Of a stretch of DNA of 64,000 nucleotides, positions 13,079-26,380 are shown in pieces (within the stretch, counting starts at the first letter, position 1; each line of letters begins with the position of its first letter). This DNA comes from Alloascoidea hylecoeti (Eukaryota). The DNA is taken from NCBI GenBank assembly GCA_001600815.1, contig BCKZ01000028.1, positions 62,001-126,000 on the forward strand. Reading direction: 5' to 3'. The position numbers and the translations under genes are program-made. The notes under the pieces were generated by a model. It was not told where the DNA came from and did not search any database. It saw only the letters and a program-made list of their open reading frames with translations.

Positions 13079-14710
13079 TTAAACAACTCTTTTTCCAGTT
13101 GGCTCGAATGGGAAAAACATTGAAATAATTCCCATACAACCAACAACAGCTGCACAAACATAAATTGGAGCAGGTGTCGATGTATCAGAATAATATGCTA
13201 TAACTGGAGTTATACATCCCATTAATCTCATCATCGAAACAGCTATTCCATTTCCTGTTCCTCGAGCTGCAGATGGTAATACTTCAGGTGTGTAGGCATA
13301 TAATATTCCATAATACCAATATAACGCGACATAGACAGCAGAAGTAAAACCTACATTTTGTGGTTGTGTTTTAACAGCAGTATATGCGAACAGGAATATC
13401 ATTGTGATGAAAGCACCAACCGTCATTGAACCTCTTCTTCCCAACACTTTTCCTTTTCTGTAAGGAACGAAAATGAAACCGGTTGCAATCATTGGTCCAA
13501 AAATGGTAACAAAATTCGTTATTGCATAGTTTTTGAATGTTGTGTTTAAAGATCCATCTCCAGTATCGGCACCTCTTGATGATAAGTATTGAGGTAAGAA
13601 ATTTGAATATAGAGGGTATGCAATACCAATCAAAGCCCAAGAAAGAAATATTAATGAAGTTGATAAAGCTACCCTTTTCCCTTTGAATAGTAAAGATATC
13701 TGCATTTTGATATTTTTATAAATTGACTTTGGATCTTTCTTGTTAACACTATCCTTACTATTTATATCACCACATGCATTTAATTGTTCTAGAGTTAGTG
13801 AACATGTTCTCCCATATTTCTTTGCTATTGATTGTAAATTATTAACACATTCTTCATCCCGACCATGGACAAGTAAGAATTTGGGGGTTTCTTTCAACCT
13901 AATCACGGTCACTCGTGCAATAGCTATAGCCATTACAATGGCACTTTCAGCATACCAGGTGTATCTCCATCCCTTATTAGAAGATGCTGGACAATCATCA
14001 TATGAAGTACAAGAAAAGTTTACCATTAAAGGCCAAGCTACCAGAACTGCAACAATTTGGCCTACACCCCACCAGCATGCAAAAAATGTCATTAACCACT
14101 GATACCTGTGTGGTAAATATTCCAAGAAAACTGTTGTGTCCAATACCAAATTTCCTCCTGATCCTGCAACACACAGCGCAACCATTGCACAATAACTTCC
14201 ATAAGTTGGCATTGCACCAGCAATTAATCCAAAAACAGCAGATAAGAATAAAGAAGCATTGAAAGCAAATTTTCTTCCGATTATATCAGCGGATGTTCCC
14301 CAGAACAATGCACCAACTAACAAACCAGCATACATTGCAACCGAGGAAGCAGGGAAATATACCCCAAACTGATATTGTACCTGAGTTTGAACAGAACTTT
14401 GAATCATGAATAATTGAGAATCTACAGCATAACCCATACCATTTAAAAAGAACATTTTCAATTGATACCCAGTAAAACCAATTTCATCAATCGCATTATT
14501 TACCAGAAACATTTTATTTGATAGAGATACATCATGATGATTTAATTCATTTATATCTGTATTATCGATAGTACTTGTCTCTCTACTAAATTCAATCTCA
14601 TCACTGCAACTTTTATTGCTAACAATATTCATCTGTTTTTCATTATCAATATTAATATCTTGTCCTAGAGACGATTTCGAAGGACTGACTTCAAGCTTTG
14701 ATTCATTCAT
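13079..14710 (-). CDS. MFS transporter (SV2/NiaP-like), copy 2
   Basis: 543-aa ORF; near-identical to copy 1 except the first ~50 aa and synonymous changes in the last codons. Confidence 0.9.
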   Translation of the reverse strand: MNESKLEVSPSKSSLGQDINIDNEKQMNIVSNKSCSDEIEFSRETSTIDNTDINELNHHDVSLSNKMFLVNNAIDEIGFTGYQLKMFFLNGMGYAVDSQLFMIQSSVQTQVQYQFGVYFPASSVAMYAGLLVGALFWGTSADIIGRKFAFNASLFLSAVFGLIAGAMPTYGSYCAMVALCVAGSGGNLVLDTTVFLEYLPHRYQWLMTFFACWWGVGQIVAVLVAWPLMVNFSCTSYDDCPASSNKGWRYTWYAESAIVMAIAIARVTVIRLKETPKFLLVHGRDEECVNNLQSIAKKYGRTCSLTLEQLNACGDINSKDSVNKKDPKSIYKNIKMQISLLFKGKRVALSTSLIFLSWALIGIAYPLYSNFLPQYLSSRGADTGDGSLNTTFKNYAITNFVTIFGPMIATGFIFVPYRKGKVLGRRGSMTVGAFITMIFLFAYTAVKTQPQNVGFTSAVYVALYWYYGILYAYTPEVLPSAARGTGNGIAVSMMRLMGCITPVIAYYSDTSTPAPIYVCAAVVGCMGIISMFFPFEPTGKRVV

Positions 14711-16590
14711 TTTTTAAGTTGGTAACAGTTCATATATTTAGGAATTCCAATGTACTAACTATTGGAGATCTAGTTCAACCTTTCTGAAACATCTCCTTAT
14801 ATACAATTACAAATGTTTTAGGAATATTAATTCGGGAGACTAAAAAGATTTCACATAAAAACAAAAGACAAAATTAAGTGTTCTGAAGCCTATTAGTGGC
14901 TAAAGAAGGAGTTCCAAAGGTGCCAATGCATCTTATGGTTTTAGATTATAATAAATGTGTTATGGAAGGTAGTGATGTCATACTCTTATACCGATTAATA
15001 TGACGTAGGGGCTATAATACTCTTTTCGTGCAGAGAGGCTGCAACAACCTTGTATAACAATGTGTAATATTGTGTATTATTCCCTGCATTATAACCTCAT
15101 TTTCAATGTATTCTGCAGGAACCTCCATATTATTCTTATTTTTTCTACAATTAAAGGTCGTATAAGTTTAACATAATCCAATCATGATCATATAACCTAT
15201 AGCCTATAGTTTAATTGCGCTGTATAAAGCTGATTTAGTATCTATAATAGTACTTAAAGAACTTATATGGGGTACCCGGGTATAGTATGTGTAGTATGAT
15301 TAAATTAATTCAATTTCATTGAAATATTATTATTTCAATTTATTAATATATATGCTTATATTATAACACTATAGCTAATATAGCTATGGATAGTACATTT
15401 CAGTTTTTAATTGAAATCATCCATGGATCGAATCCTTTTAATAATTATAATTGTATATATTTCAGTTGATGTTTGATGCCATCGTTAATTAATATAAATA
15501 TATTGACCCAATAGCCATCTGAGCCTATAGTTTTAAAAATGCCAAGTTAAAATGTCTCGTTATATGATTACTTTTACAGATAGTACAGATGATCATTTAT
15601 GTATGACCATTTCTATAGTACCCTTTCAATTCATGGCAGGTAGCAACTTTTCTTGCCATTGCACGATTGAATTAAATTTACAGTACCATATGCGTACAAA
15701 AGTTTTAAAGAATGCAGATTGTTTTATACCTGTGTGTAATATGAATAGAACAGTTCCACAATCGTTTTCTCCCAAGTTTATTCACGGTACGACGGTCATA
15801 ACTATTTCTTAAGAAAAATACACCTTTTCAGCAATGTATTCTCGTTTGATATAGGCTCTATGTAATATTATATATGACTAGGGGCTGTAGACAGTGTAGC
15901 GATTGGATATAGTCGTTAATCATAGTTCTCTTCTAATAATTAGATACACAATTGAAATATTACGCGTACGATAAATGGTTAGACAAGGTAATTTTAATAA
16001 AACTCTACGAGTATTGAAATCTAGGATCCAAATCCAATATTGAACTCATAAAATATCTTGTAGCCAAGTAACATTATAAACTAGTGAACTATATGTTGCT
16101 CTTATATGCATATATAAAACCAATCAATATATAAATCAGTTAAATGATAGCCAACCGTTCCGACTGCTAAAATATTTTTGGTAATTATAACGTTTCATTG
16201 TCGATGAGAAAACTCAAAAGTGAAAGATAATCATTGAATATACTTGATTGTATCATTGCTTTCCATTTGAAAATATGCTCTATGGTCATAGAACGAAACA
16301 TTATGCCAAATATCTACTCTGAAATATTCGGTAATTGGTTAAACAAATATTGAGCAGTGGTTCGATAAATGAGATAAAAGATAGGCAATTATTAATATAA
16401 AGTTATTTAGTAAGAAGAAAAATAATTACATCAGATGTCTCAAAACATATTTAACTAACAGGCAATAAAATGTCTAGAATTTTGTCTAACTACACTTTTC
16501 ATCACCAATACTTAGGGAATTTTTGGGGATTAATTAGTGATAACTGTATATATTACTTAACTAAATCTTTGAAAATTAATAAATTGATGA

Positions 16591-17669
16591 TTATAGATAT
16601 TTTAAATATTTTTTCCTTAAATTTTCAGTAAAATCATAAATAACAGCATCACCATCTATTTCAAAAGCAGCTACCTTTTTTGAATCAGCAGTAATTCATA
16701 AATCTTCCTGTTCAAGATATTTTTTATTTTTATTTTTATTTTTAAATATCTTAAACAATTTTAGATCATTCAAATTCCAAATCTTAATAGTATAATCATA
16801 ATCAACAGAAATGATTTTATTATTAACTTTAAATAATGCAGTAGTGCTAGCTGCTCCTTCATTCGATCCTTCATCTGTTCCTTCATCTGATCCTTCATCC
16901 GATCCTTCATATGATAAAATATTTTTTTCATTTGTCTGTAAATTCAGAATTGTTAATCCGTCGTACAGTGACATATTAGTATTGATCTTTTACTGTGATG
17001 CGTTATATAATCAGATTATCATATCGAAATTCTTGGATTATTTGACCAGTTTCAATATTCTAGGATCTTATAATTCCATATTCCGCGCAATATATAATAC
17101 CATTATCAATACAAAAATCTCTAGTTCGACCTTCTCCTACTAAACTGTGTTGTAAATTAAACTTTAGTTGATGTTCTAAATTATCAAGACTTGATTTCCA
17201 AACCGTAATATAATAATGACAAACATACGATGTAATCATTGTATAAAGCAAGACTATTTGCAGAAAAATAATAACCTCTTATTTTTGGTATTATCAGACG
17301 GTCTATTAATTTAAAATTTGGTAAACTCCGAATTATACAAGTCCCATCCCATGAACCAGAAACTAAATATTTATCATTAATATCCATACAACAAACAACA
17401 TCCAAATGAAAGTTGAAATCAATATTTTTTTTTAAATCCAATATATCATTATCTGAGAATTGTTCTCCATAAACAATTCCAAGATCTACTCCTAATGTTA
17501 ATAAAAACTCAATATTTGGTTCACCTATAACTCTTAAACATTGAAAAGTTTCACTATCCCAAATTCTTATTGTATAATCTACTGAACCAGTTAAAATCCA
17601 ATTTTTAAAAAATTTAACACAAAATGTATCATTATTGTGCCCAATTAATTTATTCTTTGTAAAATTTAC
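16591..17669 (-). pseudogene. F-box/WD40 family pseudogene (5'-truncated, frameshifted)
   Basis: Homologous to 18689-19990; WD fragments in three different frames (LVSGSWDGTC, TVWKSSLDNL, SVDYDYTIKIWN); F-box part absent. Confidence 0.85.
16856..16915. repeat. 12-bp tandem repeat x5 (CCTTCATCTGAT consensus; encodes EGSD on the minus strand)
   Basis: ccttcattcgat ccttcatctgtt ccttcatctgat ccttcatccgat ccttcatatgat. Confidence 0.85.
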
Positions 17670-18688
17670 TATCCGAGATTAAATTCACCCACATTTTAAT
17701 TTATTATATCGACCGTCAAAATAATAACTTTTATCGTTACAGTTCTAAAAGGAATGAAGATAAGAAATATGCAGAACAATCAATTTAATTTCCAGAATTA
17801 AGCACCCGGAGCTTTATAAAAATAAAGTGAAATAATTGAGAAAGGGTGGAAGAGGCAAAGTTGCTCAACGAAAATCCAGTGGCTACCGATGAGCAATTAA
17901 GAGGCTTCTGGAGTTGAAATGAACACCATTAAAAACCGTGTATAAAAGAAGAAACAACCCACAATCCTTGAATTATGAACAAAGAAAGCTGTGAAGAATA
18001 TTCAAGAGAATATATTAGGATAAGTAGTTTATATATACACAATATCTAGTGAATTCACTTTTATTTGCGTTGTTGGTGGTTGTTTTTGTAAATATTATTT
18101 TTTTGGGTGTCAAGGACTATAACCATGTCAAGCTCAACAGGACTACCCTTAGATGTAATAAATAATCAGATAGGCTTATTTATAATTATACCACATTAAA
18201 ACAGCTCTTGATTTCAGATGTGTTAATTTAATATATTACAATTGCAAGGCCATAGGTAATAATCATAGAATGAAAATATCTCGTAAATACAATCAATTTA
18301 AATAACATTATTATTAGGTTACAATTCCTGTAGTATATGTGTAACCATTTCATGCTTGTTTGAGATGAAATCTTATTTACACACATGTTTTATTCATATT
18401 ACACATCCACTTTAGACCTTCGACAAGTGAGTCTTCAATAAGTCTCTAACTTAATAGTAAATAGACTATATAAAGACTACATAATCTCCTTTAAATAGAT
18501 AGCTCTAGTTAATTTGCTAAAAAGTCATATCCTTTACGTTATTGTACGTTAAACTATCTCAGTTATATTTAGGCTACCACACATACTTCAATTCCCTTGT
18601 AATGGGACATTGATATATTATTTTATTTTTATCCATTGAAATTTTTATATATGATAAGTAACGATATTTATTTTTAATCCTCAATATA

Positions 18689-19990
18689 TTATAAATATTT
18701 CAAATATTCTTTCCTCAAATTTTCAGTAAAATCATAAATAACAAAGTCACCATCATTAGCAAAAGCAGCTAATCTTTTTGAATCAGCATCAATTGAGAAA
18801 TAATCTAGTTGAAGTTCATTTTCCCTATTATTTTTATATACTTTAAACAATTTTAGATCATTAAAATTCCAAATCTTAATAGTATAATCATAATCAACAG
18901 AAATGATTTTATTATTATCGATATCTATAAATATTGAATCATATGATATTTCATCAGTTCCTTCATATGGTAAAATATTTGTTATATTTGTGTGTAAATC
19001 CAGAACTGTTAATTTGTCGTGCATGCCAACAAATAAGTATTGATTCTTTACTTTAATGCATGTTATACGATCAAAACGAAATTCTTGGATTATTTGGCCA
19101 GTTTCAATATTCAGAGACCTTACAACTTTATCTTCCCAGCAATATATAATACCATTGTCAATACAAAAATCCGCAATCCTACCATTTCCTTTAAAATTGT
19201 GTAGTAAATCATACTTTGGTTCTAAATTATCAAAACTTGGTTTCCAAATCGTAATAGAATGATTACAGCATACAATATAATCATTGTATAAAGCGACACT
19301 ATTTGCAGAAGAATAAGATTCTCTATCTTTTGGTATTATCAGACGGTCTATTAATTTAAAATTTGGTAAACTCCGAATTATACAAGTCCCATCCCATGAA
19401 CCAGAAACTAAATATTTATCATTAATATCCATACAACAAACAACATCCAAATGAAAGTTGAAATCAATATTTTTTTTTAAATCCAATATATCATTATCTG
19501 AGAATTGTTCTCCATAAACAATTCCAAGATCTACTCCTAATGTTAATAAAAACTCAATATTTGGTTCACCTATAACTCTTAAACATTGAAAAGTTTCACT
19601 ATCCCAAATTCTTATAGTATAATCTACTGAACCAGTTAAAATCCAATTTTTAAAAAATTTAACACAAAATGTATCATTATTGTGCCCAATTAATTTATTC
19701 TTTGTAAATTTACCATTTCTCCAATTTGATTCTAAAAGACGGCGTTCTTTGTATAATTCATACCAAGAATCAGTCTCCGAATCATCATTATTGTATTTCC
19801 AATATTTTTGATATTGAAACTTTGATCTCCATATATCATCACTATCGACTACTTGTTTCCATGATTTAGATACTATTCTGCAACTTAGTAAAGTTGTTGA
19901 TGGCAAATTTGGGAATATTATTAAAGATATTTCAAAAGGAAAATATGAAACAAAATCGATTGCAATCCCAAAATTCTTGAGTAAACACAT
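18689..19990 (-). CDS. F-box/WD40-repeat protein (Cdc4/Met30/beta-TrCP-like architecture)
   Basis: 433 aa; F-box DFVSYFPFEISLIIFPNL...VSKSWKQVV, linker WYELYKERRLLESNW, WD repeats GH...ILTGSVDYTIRIWD. Confidence 0.85.
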   Translation of the reverse strand: MCLLKNFGIAIDFVSYFPFEISLIIFPNLPSTTLLSCRIVSKSWKQVVDSDDIWRSKFQYQKYWKYNNDDSETDSWYELYKERRLLESNWRNGKFTKNKLIGHNNDTFCVKFFKNWILTGSVDYTIRIWDSETFQCLRVIGEPNIEFLLTLGVDLGIVYGEQFSDNDILDLKKNIDFNFHLDVVCCMDINDKYLVSGSWDGTCIIRSLPNFKLIDRLIIPKDRESYSSANSVALYNDYIVCCNHSITIWKPSFDNLEPKYDLLHNFKGNGRIADFCIDNGIIYCWEDKVVRSLNIETGQIIQEFRFDRITCIKVKNQYLFVGMHDKLTVLDLHTNITNILPYEGTDEISYDSIFIDIDNNKIISVDYDYTIKIWNFNDLKLFKVYKNNRENELQLDYFSIDADSKRLAAFANDGDFVIYDFTENLRKEYLKYL

Positions 19991-21564
19991 GTTGCTCTGT
20001 GGTTGTCACTAATATTATGGCTTTTTTGATAGAGTTTAACGGTAATCTTAATTCGGAAAGTGTCACAGGGAAAACTAGAGCAAAGCTATCAACAAAAACG
20101 GTCAGACTATGGTTACACTATAATAATATGAAGAGAAACTATGGACTGCTGTATTTTTTTAATAGAATAGGAAATGGAATAATATTAGAGTTGGATATTT
20201 AGTTTGCTATACCAGAATTGCTAGATTGCTATACGACACATACATAGTAACTGAATCGTATAACTGAGAACAGGTGTAGATTCAATCACTAATGGAAAGA
20301 AGAAAGAAGCTACGAACTATATTCTCTATTTCTGTGTAAGTAAATTTTATTTACCCTGTGGATTATAGTGATCTTGGGGTACGAATAAGCTTATACTTGT
20401 TTGTGGGTATTCTATTTTCTACTTGAACTTACATCATTCGGAGACTGACCAGTGGACAGATTCCTTTACACGACATAACAATAATATCTGAAGGTCGAAA
20501 ACATAATCAATAACTTAACTAAAAATGAAGGATTCTGTTAAATGTCTACAATCAAGACTCTTTTTTGTTCCTATGGTGCGGGACATTTAAATAATGAACA
20601 ACATTTCTCTTGTACGAATCTTTGGTCTTGCAGCATCCTAAGTATACACTGGTTTTGTAACCATTCCAACTCTTCTTTAAAATTAAGATCACAGTTGTTC
20701 AAATTTTGATTAATTTGGATACCATGCACTATAGAGGATGCTCTATTGCTCGTCGCTGTTGGTTTTCTACTCTTTTTTGAAGGTGTTCCTGTTCCTGTGC
20801 TTGGGTCTTGAACAGCAAAAAGTCCGGTAGTGGGAATATTCAGCAAAAATAAAGCCGATAGTTCAGGATCATCTTCGTTTTCAAACTAATGAACAATGGT
20901 AGTATTCTGTTCATATAGGACGTCTAAAAATTGTGGATCATTAAAATCTCCAAAATCAGCTAGAAGATCCTCACTCTCAAAGAGCAAGCCTTGACTTCCA
21001 AAACAATTTTCTTATAGTTATTTAATTTATTGAAACACCAGTTAGATGTGTGATATAATGTACGCCTGTTCTCAGTTATACTATAGATTATGTTAGAGCC
21101 CATAGTTTCCTTTTCCCAAGTGTGATCATTGTCTGACCTTACTTGTAGATACTTGAGTCTACATCTACTTTTATGTAGCATATTAGGATTCCAGTCCCAA
21201 TCTTGGGCATAAACTTAAGTTCTGAAGCAATTGTAGAGCAGACTAAATTCAATTCATTCACAATAGGAGGTTAATGAAGATCATGGAAAGATGATATGGG
21301 GTATCGACAGAAATAGTTTACTTTTTTACCATCGTACCAAGCAGATTCAGCGAGCTAAAGAGTAAATTAATATTATGATTTATCGTATAATTTATTTAAG
21401 TAATGGCTTTATATAATAGATGATTATATGAAAATAAGGATGATTTTTCATTTTTTGTCATTGCTGTTGCAAATGTAAGTATAAATCGTAATATTCATAC
21501 TACACTAATTGATGTGAATTTTAGAACTGAATATATTCAATTACAAGGCTATAATAGGTTATAA

Positions 21565-22306
21565 TTAACGAATACCATTATAAATGCAAAAACCTCTAGT
21601 CCATTTTTCTCCTTTTAAACTGTGTTGTATATTAAATTTAGTTTCATGCTCTAAATTATCAAGACTTGATTCCAAACCGTAATATATTCACCCAATATAA
21701 CTATTGTGTACAGCGAGATTAAGCACATCAGAATAGGGACCTAGACGATCTCTTGGTATTATAAGATGTTGTATTGGTTTAAAATTGGTAATCTTCAAAT
21801 CATGCAAGACCCATCCCATGAACCAGAAACCAAATATTTATCATTAATATCCATACAAACAACAGTATCCGTATGAAATTTGATATTGATATTTTTTGTT
21901 AAATACAACATATCAATACTTGTCAGGATTTAGAAAACCCAATTGTCTTACAATCTTAAGATTTAGTTCACCTACTACCCTTAAACATCGAAAAGTTTCA
22001 CTGTCCCAAATTCTTATTGTACAATCTGCTGAACCAGTTAAAATCCATTTATTATAAAATTTAATACAATATGTTTTGGCAGAATGTCCAGTTAATTTAT
22101 TCATGTTTCCTATTTAATTCTAAAAGATGACGTTCTTTGTATAATTCATACCACGAATCGGTATCAGTCTCCAAATCATCATAATAGTATTCCCAATATT
22201 CTTGATCTTGAAACTTGGATCTCCACATAGCAACATTCTCTTCAATTATTTGTTTCCATAATTTAGATATTGTTCCAAATTCCTGAAAATCAGTCATACG
22301 GGTCAA
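21565..22306 (-). pseudogene. F-box/WD40 family pseudogene
   Basis: Fragments ISKLWKQII...WYELYKERHLLE and LTGHSAKTYC...LTGSADCTIRIWDSETF in different frames; homologous to 18689-19990. Confidence 0.85.
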
Positions 22307-23260
22307 AAGGGATGATCGATAATTTGTAACCAGAATGGCCGAAAGTAAGTTAAATTACTAATGTTACGATTCGCAGAGCTTGATAGTAAACCTGAACTAA
22401 TTGATTATACTATAGCGGCTGTCCAGAATCCATAGTCTCTTCTTCCTATTTCCTTTGATGTGTTCATGATCTGATTACCCTTAGCAATAGGTGAGTAACC
22501 AATGTAATATGGACACTGATCTAAACACTCTCTATTCTTTAAAATTGATATCATGTCATAATAATCATCGTCTTCTATTTTATGATAATGCCTGCTTCTC
22601 CAAAAATGCAAAATTACGAAAATAGTAAAAAGTAAATACCAAATATAGTAGATAAACTTCTGATACTATTAATATTGATACATTAATGGATGACTCAAGA
22701 TTCTTGGACCGGAAACTAACTCGTTTACAACCAGAATTGATCCGACCATAATCAATTATAGTTTAGCTTAATTAGTTTTTTTGCTCTATTAATCTCTTTT
22801 TAGCGCCATGATCATTATCATGAATATTCTTGTTCTTGATCATGCTATGTACAACCTTATTACGAAATTATCTATGAGTTAATCACCATACGTGTATACA
22901 AATATAATTTACAATGATCATTAAATTATGTATACAAGATCATATCATTATCATAATAGCAATAACAACAAAAAAGTTAAAATGAAAGGAATAAATAATA
23001 AAATATCATTCGTATCGAGAAATGATATTTATGACGCAAAGAAGGAAAGGGGTATAACTTCAAAAGTAAAAAAATAAAATAAAAACGCAACAAAATAAAA
23101 AACGAATCCAATTTTCATAAACCATTACAACAATTAAAGTCACCAGATCACATAGCATAAACGACCAGAAAAGTATTCAAAACGAATGATAATAATTAAC
23201 AAAACATTATAGAAATTATAAGTTCACTGATAGTTCTTTAAAGATCACCTAACTATTGTT

Positions 23261-24979
23261 TCACCAGGCCCTAGATCTCTTACGAATAATAGTTGGTGAG
23301 GAATCTACCCCATTATCATCAACAATAAAATCATCAAAATCTTCTAATTCCCAATCATCACTTTTATTTTTATTTCTAGTTAATAATGAAGATTTTGTAA
23401 AACCCGGTTTTAAAGGAGTTTGTTGTGATGATTCAATTTTTGGGTATTTATATGAAAGATCCAATTGAGAATATCCAGCTAAGTCCAAAGGAACATTTTT
23501 ATTAATAAACAACCTATTGAACCTCAATTTTGAACTAAAACCATTATTCAGATTTGATTTCGTCTTACCAGCCCTTGAAGAAATCCCCGAACTAGAAGTA
23601 TAAGATCGAGCTCTCTTCTGCTTACTACCTCTTCTGAAACGATCTAATTCTCTCTCACATGTGTCAAAATGTCTTCTGTCATTCATTTCAATATACTTCT
23701 CCGGAATACAACGAGACGACCAACTTTTAAAAAATTCCTTATAGCCACCTTCTAAAATTAATATATTAGGATAATTTAAATATGGATAATTCTCAACATT
23801 TAATTCACGATCACATTTTCTTAAATGCATTGCCATTAATGGGCCACGATGAAAACTAAATTCACAATGAAATATTAAAAGTGGTGGACAATTAGAATTT
23901 GTCTGTTCTGTTATAAGCATATTTTCCAATTCCGAATGGGTATTTATATTAATTGCAGAATCAATATGACCACCTTCATATTCATAACCAAATCTACAAT
24001 CAATTATGATATGTTTGGAATATAAATGTTCGAATTTACCATCCATGATATCACAAAGTGTATTACCATTGATTCTTTTCAATGGATCTGATTGAACACT
24101 AAAATATTCAATCGGGCATTTATCCCTATCTAAGAATGATATTGGAACTTCAGGACGTGCAGATGAATGATTTTGGCCACTATAATTATTGTTTAAACAT
24201 GAGGACCGTCTAGTGTTCTCTTCTTCTTTGACTTCTGAATCAACAACATCTTGCGGCTTTTGGAACATAGAATGTGTTCTTCTTGGTTTTGATCTATTTT
24301 TATAAAATCGGATATAACTTGCTCTATCTGCACAAATTGAACGAGCTCGACGTTCCATCTTTTTACTTATAGGAGAACCAAAAGCATCATTAAAGCTATT
24401 TACATCGTTTACGTTCCGTCTCCAGGAAGGAATGTCGGATGGCGAGGATTCTTTAAAGTATGAATCAATTGACGTATCTGGAAGAGTCGAAGAATGTGGT
24501 GAAGTAATGAATGCCTTAGGTATTGTCGATTGTCTTAAAAATAATTGATTAGCTTTGCCATCTCTTTAAAGGGAAATATGATTTTTAGAAACACAGATCA
24601 ACAAACCGTAGTTGACAAATATAATGCAAACATACCTTTGAATTGGTTCTGTACCAGAAAAACACCTTTTGTAACTTTTTCGAGGTTTCTTACAGCTATT
24701 ATTAAAAATGTTGATATTCTCTTTACTGTTGGTATCAAAATCTGAAGAAACAGATACAGAAGAAGCTGAGGAGAATGAGGAGGCTGATGAGAGTGAGGAA
24801 AATAAACTAGATGCTGACCCACTATTTGAACAAGCAGAAGAGTTGCTACCAATTGAGTATAATGACTTCATATCTGGAGTACTAAAGATTGAACATGAAG
24901 ATTTTACAAAAGAGCTATTTTTGTACGGAAAATTTCGTTTGCGAGGTAAATTAAGTGTAGAATCTTTAAGAACACTCAT
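23261..24979 (-). CDS. MIH1: M-phase inducer phosphatase (Cdc25 family); exons 24979-24636 and 24533-23261
   Basis: IIDCRFGYEYEGGHI and catalytic HCEFSFHRG (HCx5R). Intron 24635-24534 (GTATGT...GCTAAT...AAG) joins the two ORFs in frame (PIQR|QSTIPK). Confidence 0.9.
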
Positions 24980-26380
24980 TAATAAAATAACTCAACCAGA
25001 AAGCATAAGGAAACATACCATTAAGGTTTCTTACTGACAAGGGAGACCTACCAACTGATCTAAATATAAAATATTAATATAATATCTTTTTGTGGTGTAT
25101 TAGTATATTTTACATACTTGGGGAAAAAATTCTGGGATCTACTGGTATTGTGCATTGTGACTTATAGATTCTTCAGGTTGAATATGTTACCTTGTATATC
25201 ACGATGTACAACTTGTGGGTTCAGAAGGGGTATTAGGATATATGATATCTTAAAAAGGCTTTGTTGAGGTGATAAATGAAGATGGATAAGATACTGAAAA
25301 TTTGGTAATTAGAGCTCAGGCAGATTTAAGCATCTTAACCTGAATTAAGTGAAATCCTAGCACTTTAAATACATTTTTTAATTCTCATAAAATATTTCTA
25401 TTCAATTACGAGATCTTGAACTCGTGGTACATTTATGCCCAACTGCATGCCGTCGAACACTGATTAAACTGGCTTCCGAAACCTGTTATTATAATCGTCC
25501 CATCATTTCATGAAAAATTCCATTCTAAAAATTTCAGATTCAATAACTGCTCCTCTCTTCAATTACTGATTATTATCCCGTTTCATCGTAAGTGTCTGAT
25601 ATTTGTTTTGTTTTGATTTTGGATAGTGCTCCTGATAATACCTCACGGGATTGACTGTCATTGTCTCGCTTTAATTGTCTTAGAAACAGGATTTAAATTA
25701 CCTTACCGTTGGTGGGAGTTACCACAAGCTAATCCGAGTATTTTATCAAAGTTGCAAATCACAATATAAACTTCAGAGTCTCAGAGTTTTGGAAAACCAG
25801 TCAGCGAAAAATATCATGTCCTTTTATCAATAGCCGACTAACTTATCAATATGTTTATACAAATTGACATATGGTTGTAAAGAATCAGCACAACATTTCA
25901 ATTGTTGTATTATAACTATAAGGTCTTATTAATATGGCAGTTGGAGAGCCCTAATTATTATTTAATAATTGGATTAATATGATACTTAAATTCAGTGCAT
26001 ATGCAACCTTATAATGATGCTTGGGAAATCCGGGTAACTATTGCCTTATGTATAGTACTTGTAACCTGTATGCGTAGGTTGTAATTTCTTAATTAACTTC
26101 TTCATCAGATTAAATGGATCCAAATCTATAGTAATTTCAATCAATTGCGAATCCTAATTTTGTGAATCCGTTGAAAACTATATGGTCTTGTGTATATTAC
26201 TCTGAGTCTGTGATTTTCATGATCTTCTGTTGCTTGGTTAATTTTCAAGTATTTACTATTGATTATAATATAAATTTACGTACGTTCCTGACCTCAATAA
26301 TTAGAATTATACGACTTGCAATTGTGTGACGTTTAAATTTGTTTACCTAATACCTATAAGGAACAGTCACTACTGCAGTG

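Noticed and set aside
10155..14262. Duplicated small overlapping ORFs within the MFS genes
   Set aside because: Alternative-frame by-products repeated because the host genes are identical.
22405..22611. Short ORF with KIEDDDYY...PYYIG resembling a glycosyltransferase DxD region
   Set aside because: Only 68 aa, no ATG start, single weak motif.
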